Part shown: positions 51,542-61,902 of the stretch, piece after piece
Layout of the letters: each line of letters starts with the position of its first letter
How positions within the stretch are numbered: position 1 is the first letter of the stretch
NCBI GenBank assembly: GCA_965197725.1
Contig: CBDANQ010000055.1
Span: 28,117 to 92,116 of the forward strand
DNA: 64,000 bases
Direction: 5' to 3'
Origin: Longimicrobiales bacterium
GTDB lineage: Bacteria; Gemmatimonadota; Gemmatimonadetes; Longimicrobiales; Gaopeijiaceae
Notes under the pieces: generated by a model
What the model saw: only the letters and a program-made list of their open reading frames with translations
Databases searched by the model: none
Told to the model about the DNA's origin: nothing
Program-made: the position numbers and the translations under genes

Positions 51542-51877
51542 GTGGCTGTTCGTCAGTGTCTTGACCGCCCGAGGCGCACCCGAACCGACTTCTGGACGAG
51601 CCCACACCTCCGCGGTGGCGTGGTTCGTTGTCCATGGGATTGGTCGCATGGGGGAGGCCTAGGGGAGTGGCCGGCGGCGGGCGCTGCTATCGGTACTGCG
51701 GGCTGGGGGGCCATAATAAGTGCGATCCGCGGTAGCCCGACCATATACAGATTTGGTCTTTGGACGCCACCTGGCCCGGTCCTCTGGATCTTAGACAAGC
51801 TGAGCGGAGGTCTCGACCGAATAGCTGGCTTCCGTGGACTCCGAAACACTCCCTACGTCATCGGTCGGCGCACGTGA
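51542..51877 (+). pseudogene. Probable 3' remnant of a gene leading into the flippase operon
   Basis: Stop lies 3 bp before the wzx ATG; the last ~60 aa look protein-like (LWILDKL...YVIGRRT) but there is no convincing start. Confidence 0.3.
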
Positions 51878-51880
51878 TCA

Positions 51881-53393
51881 ATGCAGATGTCGACCTCCGC
51901 TGATTCTCCAGGTCCGGGCTCGAGCCCCCCAAGAGGGGAAGGGCGCTCCGGGTTTTTCCACGCCGTGGGATGGCTGGGGTCGGTAAGCGCGTTCGCGTTC
52001 ATGTCGGGGCTCGTCAGGCAGAAGGTCTTCGCCGTGTTCCTGGGACCGGCGGGGTTGGGGGTCCTGGCGCTGGCTACCAGCGCACTCGATCTGCTCGCCA
52101 CCGCCACGCGTCTTGGCTTGCCCACCGGACTTCTTCGCGAGGTCAGCACCCACATTGGGAGCGGAAAGCCCGGCACAGCGCGGGCGGCGTACCGCGTGGG
52201 TACCTCGTTTGGCCTCGCGCTGGCCGCCACTGTGATGCTGATCGTGATCGTCTGGGCACCCTGGTTCGAGCGGGTCGCCTTCCGGGGAGAGCTTCCCGCG
52301 TGGGCGGTGCCCGTTCTTGCCATCGCGGTGCCCTTCCTCCTTGCGAGCCAGTTCTTCGAGACAGGGCTTGCCGCGGTCGGGCGGATCCGGCGCCTCGCCT
52401 TCTCGAAATTATTGGTCATTGGGCTCAGCCTGGCCGTCACAGTCTGGCTGGTCGTCGCCTACGGCCTTGCCGGAGCCATCATCCAGATCGCCGCTATCGC
52501 GCTGGTGGGTTTCCTGGTTCCCGGGGTGGCTCTGTGGGGCGCCAGGATACGTGAGCCTGCCACTCGCATCACCCGCGAGCTCTCCTCGGGGGTCCTCCGA
52601 AGGATCATGGGCGTGGGTCTGGCGGAGGGCGCCAACCACCTCGTCCGGACGTGGAACGCTTGGTTCTTTCGATGGATGGTGGTCGGAGCCTTGGGCGCCA
52701 CCGCCAACGGCCTTCTGCAGGGGGTGATGGGCCTTTCGAGCCAGTACTCATCCGCTGTGATGGGTGGGATTTTCGTGTACCTCCTACCCCGCCTGTCGGC
52801 GGCGGCGCAGGACGCGGACAGGTTCGGACGAGAGTTGGCAGACGCGGTGCAGAAAACGCTGGTCATCGTCATACCGATTTCCATCCTACTCATGGGCTTG
52901 CGCGGTTGGATCGTTCCGGTGCTGTGGAGCGACGAGTTCGACGGAATGGTGCCGCTCCTTGCCCTCTCGATCCCGGCTGACGTGCTCCTGATCCTCTCGC
53001 GTGTGCTCCAGCTGGCGTTGATGGCTGCCGGCCGTATCAGGGTGTACCTGATCCACACCATCGGCACCCAGATAGTCCATCTGGCGTTGTTCCGCTGGGG
53101 ACTGTCGGTCGGCGAACTGGAGGGGGCGCTGTATGGCCATCTGACGTACGCGCTTGTGACGCTGGTGACGGCGATGGCGATTTTGAGCCCCCGGGGAGGG
53201 AAGGGGTCCCGCTCGTTCAACGTTGCGCTGCCTCTGACCATCGGGCTGCTGTCCTCTCTGTTGGTGGGGCTCCTGCCAGAGTCCCGCGAGCAGAATAGCG
53301 ACGAGCGGCCCGCTCCAGCCCGTCGGTGGGCTGTACTTCCTCTCGCCCGTCGACCGTAGTGGGCTCCTGTTCTGGCGCTCTGGAAGCCCATGA
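51881..53393 (+). CDS. wzx: Oligosaccharide flippase (Wzx/MOP family), probable frameshift near 53290
   Basis: RQKVFAVFLGPAGLGV, YGLAGA and YLLPRLS; 12 or more TM helices. An alternate frame from 53292 ends in a TGA overlapping the next ATG. Confidence 0.85.
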
Positions 53394-54697
53394 GCGGCTT
53401 ACCGATGGTGAACCGCGATTACTGCCAGATTCTGGACCGCCTCCTCGACACGGACGTGCGGTTCGCGGTCATTCGGGGGCACTGGTGGCTCCTGGGAGAC
53501 GAGGACAGGCTGGCGGACATCGACCTTCTGGTCGCTCCCGAGGACATACCGCGATTCCACGCCACCCTCTCCCATGCGGGTTTCTGGCGGTGGGAGCACG
53601 CGACGGCCTACACGGACAAGTGGACGACTGTGACACTGCCTGGCCTCCGGTCCATGGCGCTGGATCGGAGGGTCGCTGCTCACCCCGACGGGATGGTCGT
53701 GGGGAGACTGTCGGTGGGCGAGGTTCTCGAACGCGTGGAGGAAGGCCCAGGAGGGTACCCGATCCTTCATCCGGACGACGAGTTCTGGGCCCTGTTTCTC
53801 CACGTTGTTGTTACCCGAAGTCCCGAGGAACGGGAGGCGTACCGCCCCATCCTAGATCGACTCCATGCCACGGGACGGGTGCTGCCTTTCACGCCGGGTG
53901 CTGATCCGGGCTGGGCCCTCGCCGACCTCCGCGGCTCCCGCCAGGAGCTCATGCGAAAGTTGGAGGTGGAGTGGTCCGCGCCACCCCTTACACGCCCACC
54001 GCGCGTGGGGTGTACCGTCGCCCTCGTGGGCCCTGACGGCAGTGGGAAGAGCACTCTCATCAGAACCCTCGAGGAGCATCTGCCCTACACGCGCCGCGTG
54101 TACATGGGGCTGCGGGACTTCGTGCTTCCCACCACCCGGTTCTTCTACTGGCGGGTGGCCAGACGTGAGGAGCTCGAGCCCGCGGGCCCGGCTGCTTCAG
54201 AGCCGAGAGAGCCAGAAAAGTCGGGCGAGCGGGCGCGCGGAGGGCGAAGCGCACTCCGCCGCATCGGCTATGGCCTTTACATGCTGAACCACCACCTGGA
54301 GTTCTTGGCGAAGTTCGGCTGGGGCTACTTTTGGGCGCGTCGCGGCCGGGTCGTGTTCTTCGATCGCTTCGTCTACGACGCGATGGAGTTGCCCACCGAT
54401 TCGTTCGAAGGGACAATCCGCGGTCGGCTGCTCGACTCTTTTCCCCGGCCGGACCTCCTCGTGCTCCTGAGACCACCCATAGAGGTGATGCTGGAGCGCA
54501 AACAGGAGCGCCCCCGGGAGTTCTACGAGCGCTACTACAGTTCGTACGATGAGCGCCTGACCACCATGAAGGGCCGACTCCGGGTCCTCACACTGGACAC
54601 CTCGGAATCGCTGGAGGCTTGCGCGCGCAAGGTCATCGTCGAGGTCCAACAGATGAGGAGTCGTGTCATCTTCCCGGACCACGCGGAAGAGACTTGA
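53390..54697 (+). CDS. Fusion of a nucleotidyltransferase-fold domain and a thymidylate-kinase-like P-loop domain
   Basis: N-terminal FAVIRG..ADIDLLV; C-terminal VALVGPDGSGKST, VYMG, FFDRFVYD, PRPDLLVLL and ERKQE. Confidence 0.8.
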   Translation: MSGLPMVNRDYCQILDRLLDTDVRFAVIRGHWWLLGDEDRLADIDLLVAPEDIPRFHATLSHAGFWRWEHATAYTDKWTTVTLPGLRSMALDRRVAAHPDGMVVGRLSVGEVLERVEEGPGGYPILHPDDEFWALFLHVVVTRSPEEREAYRPILDRLHATGRVLPFTPGADPGWALADLRGSRQELMRKLEVEWSAPPLTRPPRVGCTVALVGPDGSGKSTLIRTLEEHLPYTRRVYMGLRDFVLPTTRFFYWRVARREELEPAGPAASEPREPEKSGERARGGRSALRRIGYGLYMLNHHLEFLAKFGWGYFWARRGRVVFFDRFVYDAMELPTDSFEGTIRGRLLDSFPRPDLLVLLRPPIEVMLERKQERPREFYERYYSSYDERLTTMKGRLRVLTLDTSESLEACARKVIVEVQQMRSRVIFPDHAEET

Positions 54698-55383
54698 TGC
54701 CGATGGCCGCACGGAGTGAGACCGGGAGCCGGGCGGGGAATCTCGCTATCCTCCTGGATCCCGTGCCGGGTGGCGTCTTCTGGGACTGTGGGTGCGGCAC
54801 CGGCGTCCTCGCTCTCAGGCTCGCCCAGTCGGGAGCGACCGTGATCGCCACCGACTCAGAGTTCGAGAACACCCGGCAGGCGGAGTCGACGCTGAGGATG
54901 GTTGGCACCGGTGCCAGCGTGAGCGTGATGCACCTCGCGGACCCCACCACCGCGCCGGTGGAGGTCGCGAGTCTCGATGGAGTGGCGTTGCGTGGATCCG
55001 CGCCCGGGGGCAGCTCGGCTCCTTCCGATGACCTCCTCGCGTTCCTGCGGGAGCGCCTCCGGCCTGGTGGCAGGCTGCTCGTGGGCTTCGATCATCCCGC
55101 ACGCCGACGAGAGGCGGGGGTGTACCACATGCGGGTAGACACGATGGCGGGCCGCCTTCGCCGAATCGGCTTCGGAGCCGTGGAGCGCTACGCGGTCTTT
55201 CCGAGCCTGTCGGAGCCGGAGCGCGTGGCCTCCCTGGACCACCGAGAGGCGCTCCTGACTGCGACCGAGACGAGTCATGCCCGCGTACTGCGCTCTATCG
55301 CGGGTGTGGGGAAGGTCGTGCCGGCGTTTTGGCGGCTCGTTCGCTTCACGGTGCCCGCCTACGGCCTCGTGGGGATTCGATGA
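54697..55383 (+). CDS. Class I SAM-dependent methyltransferase
   Basis: WDCGCGTG motif I, VIATD and RLRPGGRLLVG. Confidence 0.82.
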   Translation: MPMAARSETGSRAGNLAILLDPVPGGVFWDCGCGTGVLALRLAQSGATVIATDSEFENTRQAESTLRMVGTGASVSVMHLADPTTAPVEVASLDGVALRGSAPGGSSAPSDDLLAFLRERLRPGGRLLVGFDHPARRREAGVYHMRVDTMAGRLRRIGFGAVERYAVFPSLSEPERVASLDHREALLTATETSHARVLRSIAGVGKVVPAFWRLVRFTVPAYGLVGIR

Positions 55384-56312
55384 CGGGGAGGGTCCGAGAA
55401 GAGGTATGCCGGATCCTGGGCATCGCGCCCGCCCGGTTCGGCTTCGTGGCGGCCAGCGGGAATCTCCAGCCTCACTCGGCGCAGGTGGTGTCGGTGTTTG
55501 ATGGAGGGATGATCGTCGGTTATGTCAAGCTAGCCCGGTCCGGCAGCGGGAAGTTTTACCTCCGCCGGGAATGCTTGGTGACGCGATGGCTTGAGAGCGC
55601 GTATCCCGAGTCCGGGGCGGTCACGCCGCCTGTGCCCCTCGAGTCAGCGCCCTTGGGAGGACTGCTCTATGTGGACGCGGGCCGGCCGGTAGGTCAAACC
55701 GAAGCGAAGGCGTGGCTGGCCCGGTTCCAGCGGGTCACCGGGCGGGTCGCGGAATCCGGCGCCGTCCGAAGGGCCACCGTAACCTGGAAGGCCTCTTCAT
55801 CCCTGCTTCCTGAGTCGTTGTCTGTTGCGTGCGCCGAGGCTCGTGGACTGCTCATGGATGCCGCGGGTGAAGAGAGAGTCAGCGTCGTCGTTCGGCACGG
55901 GGACGTGGCTCCAGGGAACGTGCTGGACTCGGGGATGGCGATCGACTGGGTCCACTTTCGTAAGTGTTCCCTTCCAGAGTACGACCTCCTATACCTGGCC
56001 CTGGCGGAGTACGGAGTGTTATCGGTGGGTCCGTCGGAGCCGGACGGCCTGCCCTCGGCGTCAGAGATAAACGAGTGGCTCGCCGAGGTCGTGGGCGAGA
56101 GTGCGGATCCCGAGATCCGCTGGGCGGGGATCGTGCTCTCGGCGCGGGAGCTGGCCCATCAGTCCGCGGTCCGGGCAGCCCTTGGAGTGGCCTACGGTGC
56201 TCCTCCGGTGGAGCACGTCCAGCGGCGCCTACGACGCGTCGCTTCCGCGGCGGCCGAGGCGTTCCGTCTCATGACGCGGCGCCGACACGGGAGTAACTCT
56301 AGTAGGCGCTAG
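55380..56312 (+). CDS. APH/choline-kinase-like phosphotransferase
   Basis: YVKLAR, LRRE helix, Brenner-type RHGDVAPGNV, IDW and YDL. Confidence 0.8.
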   Translation: MTGRVREEVCRILGIAPARFGFVAASGNLQPHSAQVVSVFDGGMIVGYVKLARSGSGKFYLRRECLVTRWLESAYPESGAVTPPVPLESAPLGGLLYVDAGRPVGQTEAKAWLARFQRVTGRVAESGAVRRATVTWKASSSLLPESLSVACAEARGLLMDAAGEERVSVVVRHGDVAPGNVLDSGMAIDWVHFRKCSLPEYDLLYLALAEYGVLSVGPSEPDGLPSASEINEWLAEVVGESADPEIRWAGIVLSARELAHQSAVRAALGVAYGAPPVEHVQRRLRRVASAAAEAFRLMTRRRHGSNSSRR

Positions 56313-56449
56313 CTACACCGAGCCCAGGTGAACTCTTCGGCTCTGGAGAGCGCAGCGACCGCTAGCCTAGCATTGTTTGGACACCATGAACTCAGGAGGT
56401 CGTATCGGACACAGACAGGCATCGCCTCGCCCGAAACGTCCGGAAGGGA

Positions 56450-56878
56450 TCAGTTCGTGAAATTCTTCTGCAAATAGTAGCGCCGAGAACCCGGGGGGTA
56501 GTCCTCCTGCACACCGAACACTGAATAACCGTTGCGCTGGTAGAACGGCAGAGCCTGGAACTCGAACGTGTCCAGAACGGCACGAGTGCAGCCGACCTCT
56601 CGCGCTTCAGCCTCTGCCTGTCGAAGCAATTGAGTGCCCAGGCCAGCTCCTCTCAGGGGCTCATCCAACCAAAGTATATCGACCAAGAGCCAGCCCCACG
56701 ACTGTCTCCCGAGCAAACCACCGCGCACGACGCCATCAGAGTCGCGCAGGATGAGTTGGACCTTCCTGAAGTGCGATGGCCCGGCGTGACCTTCATTGAA
56801 CGCATGCAAACCGGCGTGAATTATGTTAGCAGCGGCCTGATCAGGCTCTTCCGAGGAAGTGATTACGTATGGAATCAT
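56450..56878 (-). CDS. GNAT family acetyltransferase
   Basis: LWLDEPLRGAGLG and LDTFEFQALPFYQRNGY. Confidence 0.92.
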   Translation of the reverse strand: MIPYVITSSEEPDQAAANIIHAGLHAFNEGHAGPSHFRKVQLILRDSDGVVRGGLLGRQSWGWLLVDILWLDEPLRGAGLGTQLLRQAEAEAREVGCTRAVLDTFEFQALPFYQRNGYSVFGVQEDYPPGSRRYYLQKNFTN

Positions 56879-56913
56879 GAAGCTGACTCTGGGGGCTCCT
56901 CGATTGGTTCCGC

Positions 56914-57219
56914 TTACACGCTCGGCGGGACGAAGCCGTCACAGAGCACGGCGGAGCCGTCCGTCACATCGAGCCGAAGCCCCACGACCGCATGGTATTC
57001 CGGCGAGTGGTACCATCCCTTCGCCTCGTCACGATCCTTGAACTTGAGGACGACGGTGCGGGTGTCTTCTGTCGTGCCATCCATGACCTCGATGTTCTCG
57101 TCGATGACGGGGATCTCCGGGGCATAGGGCCCGAGGGTCTCGACTGCCTTGGGCACGTAGTCGTTGTTCAGCTTATCGGCGTCGAGCACCTTGTGGCGAA
57201 AGATGAAGTAGGCAGCCAT
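56914..57219 (-). CDS. DUF1330 family protein
   Basis: AAGGAG RBS; MAAYFIF and TVVLKF..AKGWYHSPEY. Confidence 0.85.
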   Translation of the reverse strand: MAAYFIFRHKVLDADKLNNDYVPKAVETLGPYAPEIPVIDENIEVMDGTTEDTRTVVLKFKDRDEAKGWYHSPEYHAVVGLRLDVTDGSAVLCDGFVPPSV

Positions 57220-57233
57220 GATCAGCTCCTTGT

Positions 57234-58058
57234 TCAAGAGGTCCTAGGCCCGGGCCGGCGAGCGGGACGTCCCCACCCGACACCTTGGGTCGTCAGCTGA
57301 GTTCTAAGACCCAGCAGTCGTCCAACCAGATCGAACCAATACTGCGAACCGAGGGCGACGGCACCAGCGGTGACGAGATACCCGACAATTGGCCACGTGG
57401 CTTGACTCACATCAGTCCCGAGAAACCCCTGCCGCAAGATCGCGACGCTGTCCAGTTCCACGGCCCAGGCGGTGAGCAAACCGAATCCGAAAAGGGCGAG
57501 CTGAACCGACCTCCGGTACTGGCGTTTCGTCCCTCGCATCGCTTCGTCGAACCAATGCTGAACTCGCCCTAGCTGAATTTCGCCGCCGCGATAGGAGAAC
57601 GGCGAGTCCTTACCGACGAGTTCTTCGGGCAAGCTGCTGGTAGACGCAAGCGTCGCAAACGCCTGGGCGAACGTCTGCGAGTCGATGAAGTCGACGGATA
57701 CAGGGTTCGCTCGTCGCCGAGACGATCTCGCTGAGCCTGAGTCTTCGAGAGCCAATCGGCTGTAGGCACGAACCGCCGTTGGGCGAAGGAACCCCATCTG
57801 CTGGAGCGACCGCACCGTCGGGAGGCGATAGAAGTCGTCGGTCCCGGATCCCAGCAGTGCCCGGATCACGTTGGCCATGATCCGACCACGAACCCTGAGC
57901 AGTTGAAACGTCACCTCTACGATCGCCGATCCCGCCACGCTGAGCACCACGTACCCCACACCCAGGACGATTAAAGCTTCCAGCGGGTCGGCCACTACGA
58001 GCTCTACGTTCTGAGCTTGAAAGAGCGAACTCGCCAGCCCTTCAACAAAAGAGATCAT
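57234..58058 (-). CDS. Uncharacterised multi-pass membrane protein
   Basis: N-terminal TM, WFDEAM..YRR and C-terminal GYLVTAGAVALGSQYWFDLVGRL. Confidence 0.78.
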   Translation of the reverse strand: MISFVEGLASSLFQAQNVELVVADPLEALIVLGVGYVVLSVAGSAIVEVTFQLLRVRGRIMANVIRALLGSGTDDFYRLPTVRSLQQMGFLRPTAVRAYSRLALEDSGSARSSRRRANPVSVDFIDSQTFAQAFATLASTSSLPEELVGKDSPFSYRGGEIQLGRVQHWFDEAMRGTKRQYRRSVQLALFGFGLLTAWAVELDSVAILRQGFLGTDVSQATWPIVGYLVTAGAVALGSQYWFDLVGRLLGLRTQLTTQGVGWGRPARRPGPRTS

Positions 58059-58756
58059 GTCGTTGCTTCCTCGTCATCGATGAACGTCCCGTCCCATGGC
58101 TCGAATGGCCCGTTGTGCCGACGCGCATAGGCCGAAACGATGTAAGGAAGCGGTACTGCCACGGCGATGCCTTCCGCGACCTTCCCGTCATGGTGGAGTC
58201 CTACCCCCTCGCCGGTTTCTTCACTGTACCAGAGCGCTCCTGAGTCCCCGCCACGGCATATGGCTGAGGCATCTCCATCCAACTGTTCCAAGAAGACGGC
58301 CATGGGCAACCTCCGGAAGTTGTCCACCTTGGTGACCCGTGCGTGGGTGACGTCGGTAGATCGCCCGGACTTGGTCAGCACTTCGTTGACCCGCGGGGAG
58401 CGGAAGGCGGTCACGATGGCTCCGGTTCCCATCTGCTCAATAGCGCAGTCGAAGCCGGGGGCGACCCTCGCGAGGGCGGAGTCGGACCGCCTGTTCACCC
58501 ACTCGATGTGGGCGACGACCCGTCCGTTTCCGTCCTCCTGCCCAGGCTGCATGACCTCCCTGCCCAGCGGATTACCACTTCCTAGCACGTGCCGAGCAGT
58601 GAGAAAAAACAGGTGATCCGCACTATCGACGACGAATAATCCGAGGGTGCCGGCGTCGCCGTCACTCAAACTGATCGAGATCCCCGGCCGCACCGGGTGG
58701 ACCTCCGTGACCCGATCGGCAGGCGGTGGGGTGGGCACGTCGTTGGGGTCAGGCAT
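58055..58756 (-). CDS. Trypsin-like (S1) serine protease without signal peptide
   Basis: GTLG and the triad motifs LTARHV, SDSALA and GGDSGA. Confidence 0.85.
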   Translation of the reverse strand: MPDPNDVPTPPPADRVTEVHPVRPGISISLSDGDAGTLGLFVVDSADHLFFLTARHVLGSGNPLGREVMQPGQEDGNGRVVAHIEWVNRRSDSALARVAPGFDCAIEQMGTGAIVTAFRSPRVNEVLTKSGRSTDVTHARVTKVDNFRRLPMAVFLEQLDGDASAICRGGDSGALWYSEETGEGVGLHHDGKVAEGIAVAVPLPYIVSAYARRHNGPFEPWDGTFIDDEEATT

Positions 58757-59923
58757 CAGAATGAGGGAAGCGCGGCGATGGTCACGAAGCCCGTACCATA
58801 GGTGTGCGCCCGCGCGTGCGCACCACTGAACTCCTTTGTGCGGCCCGAAAAGAGATATCCGAGTCCGAGCCTCCAGATCGCCCCGAACGGAACGGAAATC
58901 ACGGCTCCGGTTTGGAATTCCGCGATCGCTCTATTGACCTGTGACCAGGCCAGCTCGTAGGGGTTGCTCTTGAACTGGCCCTGCAAGAGCGCGTTGTAGA
59001 GCACCCCTCGCCCGTTCACGTTGACGAAGCCGTAGAGCTCGAAACGGTTCTTCGGGCTAACGCCCCCTCCGGTGGCTTGTCCGATCGTCGACCCGGGGGA
59101 ACCGTCGAAGTCCCAGAACTCAGAGCTCAACCAACCGAATCGACCTCGAAGACCCGCGGCAGCGCCCGTATGATACCCCGCCAGACCCTCCACCCACGTA
59201 GTGACCTCGAAGTGGCGTCGCTGGTAGGGTAGAAGATGACCGCACGGCTGGTTATCACCGAAGCTACAGGAGGTGAGGCGACGCTCGTACTGAATCTTGA
59301 ATAGAACGGTCGGCTCGCCACCGTCGGAGATCTCGTTGTGCCAACCGAGTGGCACTACGCTCGAGTTGTGCTCATGAATCCACGTCTGGATCGACGCCGA
59401 GACTCCAGCCCCCAGGAGACCGAGAACAACTTCGGCCCGGATCGCGACGGGATAGTACTCGTAGTCGCCGTCTGGGCCCGGCTCGTGACGCTCATGGATA
59501 GGGACCACGACTCGCCGGCTCGAGAGTCCGAAGATCGAACCGTAGGGTCGGTCACCGATCACAGGATCTACGCTCCCGAGCGAGTCGGGTGTGAAGCCGG
59601 AGCCTACCAAATAGAGCTCGTGCTTCGTGAGAAATATCTCGGTCATTTCAGGGACAGCGAAGCCGAGCACTAAGCGATTCGGCCATACGGCGAACACCGA
59701 TAACATGGCACCGGTTCAACCCGATTCCGGCGCCCATGGTGTAGTTACGATCCATGTTGCGCCATGGGTCGAGCAGGTCCTGATCCGTGAAGATCGAGAC
59801 TCCTGTGAAGCTTCGCTCACCGATGGAGTGCCGGTATCTGCCCCCGCCCTGGGCAGACAATGGGGCTGCGAAAACAAGGAGCGCGACCGCACCTAACAAA
59901 TTCCGAATCCCAGTGGTGCCCAT
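58756..59923 (-). CDS. LpxR/DUF2219-like outer-membrane beta-barrel, frameshifted near 59710-59720
   Basis: Signal peptide and DRNYTMG in one frame; FTP..GDRPYG, IQTWIH, GWHNEI, YNALLQG, RTKEF and HTYG in the next. Confidence 0.8.
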
Positions 59924-59924
59924 G

Positions 59925-60791
59925 TTAGGATGCAGCGCCTTCGAGACACTCCATTTCTGTCTTGAGCATCTCCACCTGCATCCCGGCAATATCGTCACCG
60001 AGGAACAACTCTACGATGTAGCTCGGGGTCAGACGGTACCAGCTGTCATCCGAGGCTCGCACGCACCGCGATTCTCCGACCGGGAAGTCACTCGCATCGA
60101 AAACCACCGTGCCGTTCGATGATACCTCGAAGTCCCGCAGTGTGTTGTCCTTGATGACGCCCATACGAACGCTCAGCGGGAGCGCTGGGAAATCCGTACG
60201 CCGCCGTTCGTGTACGACGAACGATCATGATCCGAATACTCTGCTCCGAATCAGCTCCAGTGACGCGCCCAGATCTTCGCGAGCCTTCGTGATCTCAATT
60301 TGATTCCTCTCCAGCTCGCTCAACCCAGCGGTCAGGAGCATCTGTATTCCTTCCGTCTGCGAGGTCATATCAGCAGCGTTCGTGTTCAGATCCCGTACTT
60401 TGGCCTCCGCCGCCTCGATGCGTACAAGCGAACTCCCCAAAGCTCCAGCCTGCCGAATCAACTCCTCGAGTTGGGCTGAAGACATCTGACTTTGCAGGGT
60501 CAGCTGCGTGTTCTGAGCGGCCACCAGCGACTCGAGCTCTTGTTGAATCTGTTGGAGGCTGTAGAGTCTGGTCCTTCCCTCGGGGATGATCGTCTTGACC
60601 AGTTCATCTTGCGCGTCCAGAAGGTCGCGCCGGACATCGTATCCAAAGAAGCCCGCCACGCCGACGAGCAAGGTCACCGGCACAAAGAGTAATCGAAGGG
60701 CTTTCATGGACACTAAGTAGGCGACGTAAGCCTGGGCGTCCGCATCCATCTTGGGAGGGGCTAGGGTCTCCGTCGGTTCAGTCGGCACCAT
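59925..60791 (-). pseudogene. Single-TM coiled-coil protein with C-terminal beta-rich domain; in-frame TGA at 60225-60227
   Basis: ORFs 60225-60842 and 59925-60164 share a frame and are joined by 20 open codons: RVFGS*SFVVHERRRTDF. Confidence 0.7.
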
Positions 60792-61471
60792 GGCTCTTAT
60801 CTCTCTGCGCAATGTCGTCACAGAACCTAAGTGGCACTCCATGACGCGTGGTGGAGTCCCCGCATCCTTGCATCTTGACGCGATCTACAAATGCGAGGAC
60901 AGAATAGGCTTATCGATACGCCTACTCAACTCGCCTAGATCTCTTTCTTGGCTTAGCTACGAAACGGTGTGCGTATCCGCTGCTTGTTAGCCCACTCAGG
61001 CTGCGGTGGAGTCACCTGACATTCGAGACAGGTTTGGGCTGAGACTCTAGACACCCCACCCGTCGCTGCCGGCATTTCTCGTGCTATCCCACCAGAAAAG
61101 GCCGATTCCGATTAGAAGAGGGATCACCGGCCAGGGCGGGGCTCCGTAGAAGACAATGGCGAGCGAGGTTCCTGCCAAGGCCAGCGCAGGGGTAAGGAAC
61201 CTGCGGAAAGTGTCCTCAGACATGATCGCGTCGTCCTGTTCGAGTTATGGCCTCCCCGGCGGAGAGGGACATCCGTCGCACGTCCTTCTATGGTTAGAAC
61301 GTTCAACGGGTTACGTCGTGCACAGGAGCTCAGCGCGACAGGATGTAGAAGAACTGGAATGTCCGTAACGTCTCCGACCGGAGGAGTGTATTTAACCACA
61401 GCACTTCGGGCTCTCAGAAAGGTTCCCGAGGACGACTCCCGGGGGTCGTACCTTCCACTTCGGGGGTTCTG

Positions 61472-61708
61472 ATGCCGAGTCCAGCAGCTCAGCCCCGAAT
61501 CCGCCCGTCGGTCGTTGAGCCTGCGATCTTCCTGGACGGGGTACGGATGAGGGGCCTTGGCCAGGCCCTGGAGGTCCTGAGGCAAATCCCTGCGTCCGAC
61601 GTCAAAGACATCCAAGTCCTCCGCGGTCCGGCTGCGGCATTCATTCAGGGATCGGCCAATGGGGCCATTCTTATAGAGACGAAGTTTGGTCTGGACGGCG
61701 GCGAATAG
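61472..61708 (+). pseudogene. TonB-dependent receptor plug-domain-like fragment
   Basis: PAIFLDGV..IPASDVKDIQVLRGPAAA..GSANGAILIETK; no intact upstream frame. Confidence 0.7.
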
Positions 61709-61744
61709 GTTGGTTTCGAAGCCCTCACCGGGATAGGAAAAGAG

Positions 61745-61885
61745 ATGAAGAAATTTGTATTGAATATGGAATCCATCACTGGTTACAACGTCATCGAGGC
61801 CGAGAGTCTTGATGCTGCCGAGAAACTTGCCCGAGACAATCCGTTCATCGCGAGCATTCGAATCTACGAAGTGAGGTCGCAGTAG
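61745..61885 (+). pseudogene. 46-aa YCII-related mini-ORF, apparently internally deleted
   Basis: MKKFVLNMESITGYNVIEAESLDAAEKLARDNPFIASIRIYEVRSQ. Confidence 0.65.
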
Positions 61886-61902
61886 ATCGCCGTCTGGGGG
61901 GA

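Noticed and set aside
47895..60227. Genome-wide stop-codon reassignment
   Set aside because: TAG and TGA both end many intact genes here; only one internal case of each was seen.
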